Assembly (NCBI GenBank): GCA_038883855.1
Contig: JAVZLH010000010.1
Span: forward strand, 1 to 38,542
Length of the DNA: 38,542 nt
From: Candidatus Bathyarchaeia archaeon
GTDB lineage: Archaea > Thermoproteota > Bathyarchaeia > Bathyarchaeales > Bathycorpusculaceae
Reading direction: 5' to 3'
The position numbers and the translations under genes were made by a program. The notes beneath the pieces were generated by a model. The model saw only the letters and a program-made list of their open reading frames with translations. It was not told the origin of the DNA and did not search any database. How positions within the stretch are numbered: position 1 is the first letter of the stretch; the number at the start of each line of letters is the position of its first letter. Positions 18,067 through 27,344 of the stretch are shown here, piece by piece.

Positions 18067-19830
18067 CTAGCTTTCAAAAGGCTCACCTAAATCCTCAAAA
18101 TTTATCTTCCATCTAAAATAGTTATACAAAAGTGTTGGCAAATCTTCAATTTTGCTTCTCACCTGCTTCCAAGAGTCCCTGTCACGGATGGTAACAGTGT
18201 TGTTTTTCAATGTTTCATAATCAACCGTTATGCCTAAAGGTATGCCAATTTCGTCCGCGCGGGCATACCGTCTGCCAATAGAACCCGCCTCGTCATACTC
18301 CGCCGTAAAGCCCTCGTTGAGAAGCATTTTGTAAACTTCCAGAGCTTTTTCTGGCAGTCCATCTTTGCTGACAAGCGGATACACGCCTAATTGTATGGGT
18401 GCGATGTCACGTGGGAAGCTTAGTATAATTCTATCATCTTTTACGCGGTATGCATACTCAAGAGTCACGTAAACTAGTCTGTCTGAGCCGAAACTTGGTT
18501 CAACAACATGGGGTATGAAACGTTTTCCCCGCTCCGTAACTTTCTCGCGGATGATTTCTATGTATTCTGGCAGAATCTTATATTCTCCAGCCATGTAAAA
18601 CCCATTTTCCTTGATAGACGCTTCAACTTCTTCTGGATCCGCTGTCGAAAGAAGCTCCGCGACTTTTGAAGCCTCAGTCTTAAAGACGGGGCCAAGCTTA
18701 GCCATTAACGGTTTTACAACGGTTTTTTCCTTCTCGACAGGCTTTTCATATTCCTTGAAAACCCGTGTGTCCACGCCGCTGAAACGCATGTGCTGTTTCA
18801 AATCATAATCTGTTCTGTAAGCGTGTCCTGAAACCTCTACCCAACCCCACCGGTCAACATAAACTTCTTGGTCGAAGCTTTGCGTTGAATAGTGGGCGCG
18901 TTCCCATGGAAGCTTTTCTATGAAACGCTGTTTCTCCGCTGGGACACCTAACTCCACTAACAATTTTTTGGCTAAAGCCATGAAAACTGCTTGCCACTCC
19001 GATTTAATGTAACCTTTTTCCAATGCCTCTTTCACAGTGACTTCAACCGCTTCTTCTGAACCTCTCAGTTTACTTTCGCCGAGAACCAGCCGCAGCGTTT
19101 CGTTTTCAAGTTCTTTTAAGATGAAACAGTTTGGTTCTTCTGGATCTAGGAAAAATTCTAGATCGATTATTGTGAACTCCCTCAGCCTTATCAGACCTTG
19201 TCTAGGTGAGATTTCGTTTCTTAAGGCGTGTCCTATTTGCATTACGCCGAAAGGAAGTTTTTCCCTAGCGTTTTCGTATAAGCGCCTAAACTCCACGAAT
19301 ATGCCTTGCGCAGCCTCTGGCCGCCCATAACCGACCGCGTCAGAGTATGGTCCAATGGTAGTTTGGAACATTGTCAAGAAATATTTTGGTTCTCCAAAGT
19401 TGCCACCGCATTCTGGACAACGAATTTCATTTTCGTCTATAACCTTTTTCAACTCTTTTAGGCTTAGCTTTTCGGCTTCCATAGCGCTCATTTTTGCAAA
19501 TTCTTGGAGCAGATGGTCTGCGCGGAACTTCTTGTTGCATTTTAAGCATTCAACCATGGGTTCTTTAAAATTTTCCACGTGACCCGAGGCTTCGAAGACT
19601 TTTCCCGGCGCTATGATGGGTGATTCTATCTCCATAACTCCAATTTTGTTGAAGAAGAATTCTCTAAGTTTGTTTTCGATTCTCTGCTTTAGCTTTGCTC
19701 CCAGAAAGCCGTAAGTTACAAAACCGCTAACTCCGCCGTATATTTCGTACGATTGCCAGAAGAAGCCTCTTCTGCGCGCTAGTTCGTTGATTATTGTGAA
19801 TTTGTCTTGCTTTTTGGTTTCATCTTTCAA
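18067..19830 (-). CDS. glyS: Glycine--tRNA ligase (alpha2, archaeal/eukaryotic type)
   Basis: RRRGFF, ASGH, RPEAAQGIF, RNEISPRQGLIRLREF, RAHYS, VVEPSFG, GSIGRRYARADEIG; likely TTG start at 19830 (ORF open to 19875). Confidence 0.97.
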   Translation of the reverse strand: MKDETKKQDKFTIINELARRRGFFWQSYEIYGGVSGFVTYGFLGAKLKQRIENKLREFFFNKIGVMEIESPIIAPGKVFEASGHVENFKEPMVECLKCNKKFRADHLLQEFAKMSAMEAEKLSLKELKKVIDENEIRCPECGGNFGEPKYFLTMFQTTIGPYSDAVGYGRPEAAQGIFVEFRRLYENAREKLPFGVMQIGHALRNEISPRQGLIRLREFTIIDLEFFLDPEEPNCFILKELENETLRLVLGESKLRGSEEAVEVTVKEALEKGYIKSEWQAVFMALAKKLLVELGVPAEKQRFIEKLPWERAHYSTQSFDQEVYVDRWGWVEVSGHAYRTDYDLKQHMRFSGVDTRVFKEYEKPVEKEKTVVKPLMAKLGPVFKTEASKVAELLSTADPEEVEASIKENGFYMAGEYKILPEYIEIIREKVTERGKRFIPHVVEPSFGSDRLVYVTLEYAYRVKDDRIILSFPRDIAPIQLGVYPLVSKDGLPEKALEVYKMLLNEGFTAEYDEAGSIGRRYARADEIGIPLGITVDYETLKNNTVTIRDRDSWKQVRSKIEDLPTLLYNYFRWKINFEDLGEPFES

Positions 19831-19929
19831 TTTTTTTGCCTCGTTGTCTTGAATGATTTTAAAGATTTTAAGCATTTCCTAAATAATAAAGTTTCAAAAT
19901 TGAGATGGAATGAGTTGGAAACGAGGAAG

Positions 19930-20163
19930 TCATTTTTCCAGTTTTAGGTGCTCAGCGATTTTCACATCTTTTATTTTTCCATCTTCGCCTAATTCATATT
20001 CAAGCATGACGCGGTCTACGGCGTTTTTCTTGCTGTTAAACTCTGCACCACAGTTTCCGCATTCAATGTCCGACCCTATTTCCATAACGTACTATGACGC
20101 ATCCACATAAAATTGTCCACACTGTGGACACCGTATTGCCGTTACATCCAACCAAACTTTCAT
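19930..20163 (-). pseudogene. 77-codon Zn-ribbon protein gene interrupted by one in-frame TAG (pseudogene, sequencing error or readthrough)
   Basis: MKVWLDVTAIRCPQCGQFYVDAS*YVMEIGSDIECGNCGAEFNSKKNAVDRVMLEYELGEDGKIKDVKIAEHLKLEK; TAG at 20092-20094; GGAG SD upstream. Confidence 0.75.
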
Positions 20164-20239
20164 TTTAAATATCTCCGTTTAAGCCATAAATTATGGCTAG
20201 CCTTTTATAGAAGACAATCGTAAAGGAAATGCCAGGCTG

Positions 20240-21301
20240 GTGAAGAACTTGCAAAAAATAAATGTTGCCTTGGTTGGAGTGGGAAACTGTGCATCAGCTT
20301 TAGTGCAAGGCTTAAAATATTACGGTAACTTTGAGAGGGAAGAAGAAAGCGTTGGACTTCGCAATTTATATTTAGGAGGATTTCATCCGAGAGAAATCAA
20401 AATTGTCGCCGCTTTTGACATTGACAACCGTAAGGTTGGAAAAGATTTGGCCGAAGCCATTTTCGCAGCGCCAAACAACGCTCCAAAAATAGTAGATGTT
20501 CCACCGACCAATGTCACAGTTCACAAAGGACCAGTAATGGACGGTGTAGGCGAATACACGAAGCACTTCATCCAAATAAGCGACTTGCCTGAAGTAGATG
20601 TCGCAGGAGTTTTGAAGGAGGCAAACGCTGAAATAGTTGTCAATTTGCTTCCGAGCGGGGCAGTTAAAGCCTCTCAATGGTATGCTAAACAAGCGCTTTT
20701 AGCGGGCTGCGCTTTTGTAAACGCCACGCCAGCCTTCATCGCCAGTGATGCCGCATGGGGAAAACGCTTCGAACAAGCTGGTTTGCCACTTGTCGGCGAC
20801 GACTTAATAGATCAAGTTGGCGCCACAACATTGCATAAGACTTTGTTGAAGCTGCTTTCCATGCACGGCGTTAGAATTACTGAAACATATCAACTTGATG
20901 TTGGCGGAGGAACGGAGTCCCTAGACACGCTGGAGCGAACAAGAAGCGTTAAGCGAAACATTAAAACAAAGTCTGTTGAAACAGCCTTACCCTACAAGGC
21001 TGAGGTTGTGGCTGGCTCCATGGATTATGTTGATTTCCTCCAGAACAGACGCGACAGCTACTTCTGGATCAGAGGCGTGTACTTCTGCAATACTCCGATG
21101 CAAATTGACTTGAAACTCTCAACGGTTGACGCGCCTAATGCGGGCTCTGTCTTGCTTGACGTTATAAGAGCTGTGAAAATAGCCTTAAACAGAAAATTGG
21201 CTGGGACAGTGCTGCCAATATGCGCTTATGCCTTTAAACATCCTCCTCAGTTGATGCCGCTTGAAGTTGCCGAAAAAATGTTCGCTGAATTTGTAGGCTG
21301 A
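20240..21301 (+). CDS. ino1: myo-Inositol-1-phosphate synthase family protein
   Basis: VGVGNCASALVQG, AAFDID..KVGKDL, NLLPSG, GDD...QVGAT, YQLDVGG, DAPNAG, AFKHPP. Confidence 0.88.
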   Translation: MKNLQKINVALVGVGNCASALVQGLKYYGNFEREEESVGLRNLYLGGFHPREIKIVAAFDIDNRKVGKDLAEAIFAAPNNAPKIVDVPPTNVTVHKGPVMDGVGEYTKHFIQISDLPEVDVAGVLKEANAEIVVNLLPSGAVKASQWYAKQALLAGCAFVNATPAFIASDAAWGKRFEQAGLPLVGDDLIDQVGATTLHKTLLKLLSMHGVRITETYQLDVGGGTESLDTLERTRSVKRNIKTKSVETALPYKAEVVAGSMDYVDFLQNRRDSYFWIRGVYFCNTPMQIDLKLSTVDAPNAGSVLLDVIRAVKIALNRKLAGTVLPICAYAFKHPPQLMPLEVAEKMFAEFVG

Positions 21302-21320
21302 AAAACTGTTTTAGAGACTT

Positions 21321-22433
21321 TTATCCGTCAGCAATTTTGCGCAGTTCTTCTATTAGCTTCCTCTTGGTTCCTGTCTGCTCCATTTTATCCTTTAATTTGG
21401 CTATTGTTTTTACTGGTGTGGGGTCTACGCCCCGTAATATGGCTAAATATACGCTTGTGAAATCTCCAATCAAAATTGTGGACAACATCTTTGCCAAGGG
21501 CTTTTCGCCAACGCCCCATACTTCAAGGATTTTTAACAAATTTTTTGGTAGCAGCTCCTTTGTGGCTTCGATTCTATGGTGTATCTCTGGGGTCTCGTTT
21601 TGGTCTCGGATGAAGATTACAGAAAAGCATTCTGCAAGTTTTCCCGCTTCCTCCCATCCTACAATCTCGTTGTGGTTAAGCTCTGGGAAAGCCTCACATT
21701 TAGATGGAATCTTACTGTTCTCGTTAAACTGTTGTTTAAAACGTTGAGCAACAGCCCGATAAATCCCAAATCCATAAACAACGGGAACAGTTCCATCAAT
21801 ATTCGCTGCCAAAGTTTTAGAAAAGTTTTCTTCAAGAGGCTTTTCAGGCAAGTTTGCATCGCCAACTTGTTTTAAGATTTTGACAGCCTCAGAAATCTCT
21901 TGGGTTGCGCCTGAAACTAAACCAGCATTCTCCAAAATTATTGGCAGTGGCAGAAACAAGTATGGAAGGGCTGCGCGGGGAGGAAATCCCGAAGGAAGAC
22001 GCAAATATGGCGTGTTTAGTTTTTCGGCGAATTTTAGGAGTGTTCCTCCAGAGCTTATGCAAACAGTCATGCATTTTCTCTTAACCGCGTTTAGAAAGGC
22101 GCTTAGAGATTCCTCGGTTTCCCCAGAATAGCTAACAACAAAAACCAGAGTATCCTCGTCAACGTATGCTGGTAAAGTGTATTCTCTGCAAACCCCTATT
22201 GGAACAGCTATTCTATTAGCTGCCCAGTCTTTGAGGAGTTCTCCGCCTATGGCAGAGCCGCCCATGCCAGCAACAACAACCTTTCGCGGCGATTTATAGT
22301 TAATTTTGGCGGTTTTAGCAAGTTTTGCTGCTTCAGCAAAATGCTTCGGGGCATTAACACAAAAGGAAAGCATATCGCCTTTATCAATTCTTTTAATTTC
22401 GTCAAGATTATCTAGAATTTTTGCGTTCGTCAT
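21321..22433 (-). CDS. Bifunctional phosphoglucose/phosphomannose isomerase
   Basis: GMGGSAIGG, SYSGETEE, PRAA, RFKQQFNENSK, PELNHNE, VDPTPV..I..LK. Confidence 0.94.
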   Translation of the reverse strand: MTNAKILDNLDEIKRIDKGDMLSFCVNAPKHFAEAAKLAKTAKINYKSPRKVVVAGMGGSAIGGELLKDWAANRIAVPIGVCREYTLPAYVDEDTLVFVVSYSGETEESLSAFLNAVKRKCMTVCISSGGTLLKFAEKLNTPYLRLPSGFPPRAALPYLFLPLPIILENAGLVSGATQEISEAVKILKQVGDANLPEKPLEENFSKTLAANIDGTVPVVYGFGIYRAVAQRFKQQFNENSKIPSKCEAFPELNHNEIVGWEEAGKLAECFSVIFIRDQNETPEIHHRIEATKELLPKNLLKILEVWGVGEKPLAKMLSTILIGDFTSVYLAILRGVDPTPVKTIAKLKDKMEQTGTKRKLIEELRKIADG

Positions 22434-22541
22434 TTATCTTCACTTTTGGCTTTATCTATTTTTGAACGGAAGGACTATAATAGCCCTTTCAAGACTTTTA
22501 TCTAAAAACGCTCTTTTAAGTAATCGTGGAGAAAACCGGGT

Positions 22542-23396
22542 TTGCAAAGAAAAGAATTATGTATAGCCATACCTGCGTCCGTGGCTTCTGACACACCACA
22601 TTTACGTGAGAAAACCTCTAAGATAGGCTTAATCGGAAGGGCAGCGGCAATTTTCAAGGTTGGAGAAATCATAATTTACCCAGATAACTTAAGCCTAAAC
22701 CAAACATCTGAAATGAATTTAATTTCCACGCTTCTGGCTTACATGGAGACCCCGCAATATTTGCGCAAAAGGCTTTTCAAACTTAAACCAGAACTGCGTT
22801 ATGCAGGGATACTTCCTCCTTTGCGCACACCACATCACCCCCTAAATCGCAAAATAAAAAACTTGAGGGTAGGCGAATACCGCGAGGGCGTTACAGTAAA
22901 GGAAACGCGGGAAGGCATGCTGGTGGATATAGGCGTGGAAAAGCCCGCACTAATCCCAAATAGGCGGTTACCTCTTGGTAAACGGGTCACCGTAAAAGTT
23001 GTGAAGGTTAACCGCCAAGTCGAAGCTGATTTGGCGACACGGGAAGAAATAACAGATTATTGGGGCTACAAAGTCACTATTGAAAAAGACTCATTCAGTA
23101 AACTTGTTAAAAGCAGAGATTTCGACATAACAATTGCAACTTCAAAATACGGCACTCCTTTTCACACAATCGTCCAAAAAATGTTTGAAAAATGGAACCA
23201 AGCTAAGAAAATCCTCGTAGCCTTCGGGGCTCCGTCGGAGGGACTCTACGAAATAGTTAGGCGCGAAGGCTCCCATTTAAATGAGCTAGTGGACTTTGTT
23301 GTTAACACTGTTCCAGGGCAGGGCACAGAAACTGTTCGAACAGAGGAGGCCATCGTTGCCTCTTTAGCTGTTTTGAACTCGCATTTTAATCTTTAA
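22542..23396 (+). CDS. SPOUT-family RNA methyltransferase (MTH1/SPOUT1/DUF171-like)
   Basis: IGRAAAIF, ETPQYLRK, GILPPLRTPHH, YREG, YWGY, NTVPGQGTETVRTEEA. Confidence 0.92.
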   Translation: MQRKELCIAIPASVASDTPHLREKTSKIGLIGRAAAIFKVGEIIIYPDNLSLNQTSEMNLISTLLAYMETPQYLRKRLFKLKPELRYAGILPPLRTPHHPLNRKIKNLRVGEYREGVTVKETREGMLVDIGVEKPALIPNRRLPLGKRVTVKVVKVNRQVEADLATREEITDYWGYKVTIEKDSFSKLVKSRDFDITIATSKYGTPFHTIVQKMFEKWNQAKKILVAFGAPSEGLYEIVRREGSHLNELVDFVVNTVPGQGTETVRTEEAIVASLAVLNSHFNL

Positions 23397-23429
23397 GGTT
23401 TAAATGTTTGTCTGGCGTTATGTGCCTTA

Positions 23430-24419
23430 ATGTATTTGGATGTTGCCATGCCTTTGACGCTTTTTCTTGTTACTATGCTAGCTATGCTTTTGAACGAAAA
23501 AGTTGAAGGAAAGCTGAAAACGGTTTTTGAGGAAAAAAAATTTCGTGTTCAAGATGCCATTTTGCTTGTTGCCGCCGTAAGCATTATGGTATCCATTGTA
23601 GTGTTTATTCCGCATATGATGATTACAGGCTTGTTTCTCTTTGCCTACTTCACACTACTCTTCCTGTTTACTTACTTATTTTCCAACATTGGAAAAGGAG
23701 AAGCAGAATTTTTCTTTGCAATGTTTTCTCTCGTCAGCTTTGCCTTTGCATTCTTAAGTTTATTCAGCTTAGGTGCAAAAGCCCCCGTTGGTTATGGAGC
23801 AGTGGTTTTCTTATGTTTATGTGGCTTTTCGTTTTTGGCGTTGCTGTATGAGCAGTGCAGAGTGCAATCAAAGGAGAGGTGGTATATGGCTGTTTTTCCA
23901 CCGACAATGTTCATCAACCTATACTTGTTCTTTAGCCAAACTCCGATATGGGTTCCATATTTGCTTGACTTTTACGGAACGCTCTTCGCTGTTTTGGTGA
24001 CTTTACACCTTTCCAGTCTGTTTACGTGGAAAACAACCATTTTATTCACGGGGTTCATCACAGTTATGGACATAATACTGGTTTTAGTCGCTGGGTCGAT
24101 GGTCACCGCAGCAACACATGTTTCCGCTTTAAGGCTTCCAGTGATGGTCTACATGCCAATATTTCCGATGGTTGGACCAGAAATGTTATACATATCTCTT
24201 GGTTTAGGAGACTTTCTCTTTGCAGGACTCCTCGCCATACAAACATCTAAAAAATTTGGCAAGAATTTTGCGGTTCTTTCAGTTGTCGCTATGACCGTTT
24301 CATTTTTCCTTTTCGAAATGGCAATGCTTAATTATGGAATGATGGCTTTCCCTGGAACTTTGATGATTCTCAGCGGTTGGGCGGTGTTGATTTTGTTTAA
24401 ATTTCTTCTTCGCTCATGA
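23430..24419 (+). CDS. Presenilin/signal-peptide-peptidase-like GxGD intramembrane aspartyl protease
   Basis: Polytopic membrane protein with MDIILV (YD position), LGLGDF and FPGT (PAL position). Confidence 0.7.
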   Translation: MYLDVAMPLTLFLVTMLAMLLNEKVEGKLKTVFEEKKFRVQDAILLVAAVSIMVSIVVFIPHMMITGLFLFAYFTLLFLFTYLFSNIGKGEAEFFFAMFSLVSFAFAFLSLFSLGAKAPVGYGAVVFLCLCGFSFLALLYEQCRVQSKERWYMAVFPPTMFINLYLFFSQTPIWVPYLLDFYGTLFAVLVTLHLSSLFTWKTTILFTGFITVMDIILVLVAGSMVTAATHVSALRLPVMVYMPIFPMVGPEMLYISLGLGDFLFAGLLAIQTSKKFGKNFAVLSVVAMTVSFFLFEMAMLNYGMMAFPGTLMILSGWAVLILFKFLLRS

Positions 24420-24810
24420 CTTTGATGCCGTTCTTTTTAAGCAGGGCTGTTGTAACTCCGTCTCCCGCAACCACCTTTTTTGATAGGTTTCCGTAATGGA
24501 TTTTTCCGCATCCGCATGAGGGGCTTCCCTGTTTCATGATTGCTTCTTTAACGCCCAAAAGCTTCGCTATTTTCAAAACTTGTCTTGCACCTTTTTCAAA
24601 CTCTTTTGTAACGTCTTTCCCAGACCGTGTAAATATCCGATTTCCTCTCTTTTCAACGGGTTCTCTCGGTGTTGGTAAACCGCCCAATTGTTCTGGGCAG
24701 ACTGGAATTAAAATTTCGGTTTTAAGTAATTCAACAACTTTTTTGTTAAGTGCGCTTTTTCCGTTGTATCTGCATTTTATTCCTAACAAGCAAGCGCTGC
24801 AAAGTTTCAT
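24397..24810 (-). CDS. DUF523 / 2-thiouracil desulfurase family [4Fe-4S] protein
   Basis: SACLLG..CRY.G, PVCPEQLGGLPTPR, SPSCG, GDGVT. Confidence 0.9.
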   Translation of the reverse strand: MKLCSACLLGIKCRYNGKSALNKKVVELLKTEILIPVCPEQLGGLPTPREPVEKRGNRIFTRSGKDVTKEFEKGARQVLKIAKLLGVKEAIMKQGSPSCGCGKIHYGNLSKKVVAGDGVTTALLKKNGIKVMSEEEI

Positions 24811-24904
24811 GGAATGTTATTATGCCCTAAAAAGGATTAAAACCTTCTTTATGGTTGAGGCTGTTTGAGAACTTAAAAGTTTCAAACATAGGAAATATGG
24901 ATGT

Positions 24905-25228
24905 TTAACCGAAAAGTGCTCCAAGTCCCTCAAGCGCTGCTTCTTCTTTGGCTTTCTCCTCTTCCTCTTTCTTCTTCTTTTCCTCTTCTTTTGGCTTAGC
25001 TTCTGCTGCTGGCGCTGACGCTGCTTGTGCGGCTGCTGGTGCAGCTAGCATTGTTGGAGCCGTTTTAAGGGCTTCGTCTATGTTGACTTCGGCTAGGGAA
25101 GCCACTAAAGCCTTGACTCTCACAGCGTCAACGTTTATGCCTGCGGCTGTCAAAACTTGAGTTAGGTTTTCCTCGTTTATTTCTTTTCCAGCCTTGTGAA
25201 GAAGCATCGCAGCGTAAATGTATTCCAT
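24905..25228 (-). CDS. rpl12: 50S ribosomal stalk protein P1 (aL12)
   Basis: [11 protein letters not shown]...Ala-rich hinge...GLGALFG. Confidence 0.98.
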   Translation of the reverse strand: MEYIYAAMLLHKAGKEINEENLTQVLTAAGINVDAVRVKALVASLAEVNIDEALKTAPTMLAAPAAAQAASAPAAEAKPKEEEKKKKEEEEKAKEEAALEGLGALFG

Positions 25229-25265
25229 ACCTTACTCACCTCTTCACCCTAGTATTTTAACTTTT

Positions 25266-26132
25266 TCAGCTTTTCCCCTCTAAATTGGGTAATCTGCTAC
25301 TTAAACTTAACATTTCCATATGAGCCTTTCTAATCAAGTCTGCAATCGTCTCCTTGGTTGGCACGGCAGCGTTTAATGAAAGCGTGTAGGCTTCTCTGTA
25401 TGCGATTTGCAAAAGTATGGCAATGTTTTCTCTTGTCGGATAGGCTGCATTCAACGCTAACCTGAAAGCGTTGGAATATGCTTCTTGAATGTTCTTTTTT
25501 GTTTCATCCAAGTTTAGCTGAAGCTGCTCTTGAGTTATAGTCAAACCATCATCATAAGCCACTTTTAAGGTAAGCCCAGCTTCAACAGGTTTTATGCCCA
25601 ATTTTGACAAGACGCTGGCAAGCCTTTCAGAAATTACGTCGCCCTTTCTTGCAACAAGTGTATCCTTAGTTATCCAGACGCTCCCCGACTCTATCCTCGT
25701 TGGCAAGCCAACAGAATTCAACTGGCTAATTATTGGACCCGGCGGTTGCCCGGTGTTTCCCGCTGGGACTATTACGTCGAAAGAGGCTATGTCGCCCGCC
25801 TTGGCCGTGGTTTTCACTTTTCCCTTTTCTAGAATTAGCGCCAGCTTGAAGGGGTTCAAGTTTGTGAACAGGAAAATGTTTGAGCCTGTTAAATGTTCCA
25901 CAAGTTTCTTTAGGTTTGGTTTTTCTCCGCATTTTTCAATAGCTATTTTAATTAACGTGTTTTTTATGACTTTCATGTAGACTTTGTCTGCAAGTTTTTT
26001 CTTTAACTCTTGCAGTTGGGATGCTCTAACCTTCTGTAAGCTGGCTACTCCTACCACTTTATACTGCCTTAGCAGTTCTGTTATTTCTTCGATCTCGCTG
26101 AGTTTTTCCTGCAAAACTTGTTGGGATGGCAT
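25266..26132 (-). CDS. rpl10: 50S ribosomal protein uL10/P0
   Basis: KVIKNTL, TNLNPFKL, PAGNTGQPPGP, LSKLGIKP; operon context. Confidence 0.97.
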   Translation of the reverse strand: MPSQQVLQEKLSEIEEITELLRQYKVVGVASLQKVRASQLQELKKKLADKVYMKVIKNTLIKIAIEKCGEKPNLKKLVEHLTGSNIFLFTNLNPFKLALILEKGKVKTTAKAGDIASFDVIVPAGNTGQPPGPIISQLNSVGLPTRIESGSVWITKDTLVARKGDVISERLASVLSKLGIKPVEAGLTLKVAYDDGLTITQEQLQLNLDETKKNIQEAYSNAFRLALNAAYPTRENIAILLQIAYREAYTLSLNAAVPTKETIADLIRKAHMEMLSLSSRLPNLEGKS

Positions 26133-26144
26133 TGTTCCTCAACC

Positions 26145-26795
26145 TTACGGTTTAATCTTTACCGGCGTGCCCATAGATGTTTTTATGTAGGCAAGCTTGA
26201 TGTTCTTCATTCCCCTTTTAAGTTTTCCCTCAACAACCCTCAAGATTGTCTGGATGTTTTCAGCTATTTCCTCCTCTTTCATGTTGTCTGTTCCAACGCG
26301 GCATTGTATAATCGGCTGGTTACGCATTCTCAGAGTAACTGCTTTACTGTATTTCGCTATCAAACTGGCGATGTCTGCTGTGGGCGGAACTGGCACTGGC
26401 ATTTTACCCCTCGGACCCAAAACAGGTCCAAGAATTTTGCCCACTAAAGGCATTAAGGGGGCTTCGGCGATGAAGAAATCGTATTCGTTGGCTATTTTGC
26501 GCAACTCCTTCTTTTTTCCAGCTAAACTTTCAAGTTCAGCTTTTTCAATGACCAAGTTTGCATTGGCTTTTTTGGCTTTTAACGCCAGTTCCCCAGACGC
26601 AATGACGCATATCTTGTTTGGCGGTTCTAGGGAATTTGGCAGTTCAACAATTTCTTGCAGTCTCCCTTCCGGCGATTTCATGTCAATATCCTGCAGGTTT
26701 AGAATTAGCTCTATAGACTGTGTGAAGTTTCTTTTTTCGGATTTTTCCTTTGCCTCTTTAACCGCATTTAATATCGTTTGTTGGTCAAGGGGCAT
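26145..26795 (-). CDS. rpl1: 50S ribosomal protein uL1
   Basis: KRNFTQSIEL, LGPVLGPRGKMP, KTSMG. Confidence 0.98.
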   Translation of the reverse strand: MPLDQQTILNAVKEAKEKSEKRNFTQSIELILNLQDIDMKSPEGRLQEIVELPNSLEPPNKICVIASGELALKAKKANANLVIEKAELESLAGKKKELRKIANEYDFFIAEAPLMPLVGKILGPVLGPRGKMPVPVPPTADIASLIAKYSKAVTLRMRNQPIIQCRVGTDNMKEEEIAENIQTILRVVEGKLKRGMKNIKLAYIKTSMGTPVKIKP

Positions 26796-26824
26796 TTTGT
26801 TGAGCCTCGTGCCAATGAGGGAAT

Positions 26825-26848
26825 AGAACGCATTTATAAAAACGTTCT
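26825..26848 (-). promoter_or_regulatory. Internal TATA box upstream of rpl1, flanked by a 6-bp inverted repeat
   Basis: AGAACG-catttataaaaa-CGTTCT; minus strand reads TTTTTATAAA about 40 nt before the rpl1 ATG. Confidence 0.55.
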
Positions 26849-26849
26849 C

Positions 26850-27344
26850 TTATTCTTCGCTTTTACTGAATAATTTATCATATTTGCCTTCGTCAATTTC
26901 CCTCTGCACTTCTCGGGGGTCTTTGCCTTCTACCGTCACACCCATGCTGACGCAGCTTCCCAAGACTTCTTTGGCTGCAGACTTCAAAGTTTTAGCCAAA
27001 AGCTCCGGGCGCTTAATTTTTGCGATGCGTATAACTTGCTCCACGGTGAGGTTTCCAACTTTCTGTTTGCTCGGCGTTCCAGAACCCTTCTCAATTTTTA
27101 GCTCGCTGACGATGAGGGCTGAGGTTGTTGGCGTGCCAACAGTAACTTCAAACTCTTTTGTTTCAGGATCGACAGCAACCTTTACTGGAACCTTCATTCC
27201 AGAATAGTCCTTTGTCAGCTCGTTTATCTTGTTAACAATGGCTAGCACGTTTACACCTAACGGTCCTAACGCTGGACCCAGCGGGGGTCCCGCCGTTGCT
27301 TGCCCGCCGCTAACAAGGAGTTCAATAACCTTTTTTTCGCTCAT
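26850..27344 (-). CDS. rpl11: 50S ribosomal protein uL11
   Basis: [32 protein letters not shown]. Confidence 0.98.
   Translation of the reverse strand: MSEKKVIELLVSGGQATAGPPLGPALGPLGVNVLAIVNKINELTKDYSGMKVPVKVAVDPETKEFEVTVGTPTTSALIVSELKIEKGSGTPSKQKVGNLTVEQVIRIAKIKRPELLAKTLKSAAKEVLGSCVSMGVTVEGKDPREVQREIDEGKYDKLFSKSEE

Noticed and set aside
20092-20094. Genome-wide TAG reassignment
   Set aside because: TAG terminates asnS, endA and glyS at their expected C-termini in this window
20114-20130. Perfect dyad TGTCCACA-C-TGTGGACA as a recoding element
   Set aside because: Explained by the C-P-Q-C-G-Q codons, and it lies 5' of the TAG rather than 3'
24945-25050. Low-complexity CTT and GCT repeats
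   Set aside because: They encode the normal Ala-rich and Glu/Lys-rich hinge of P1
26197-26826. Long antisense ORFs (for example 209 aa here, 180 aa at 31205-31747, 145 aa at 12653-13090)
   Set aside because: They lie opposite well-supported conserved genes and have no motifs of their own
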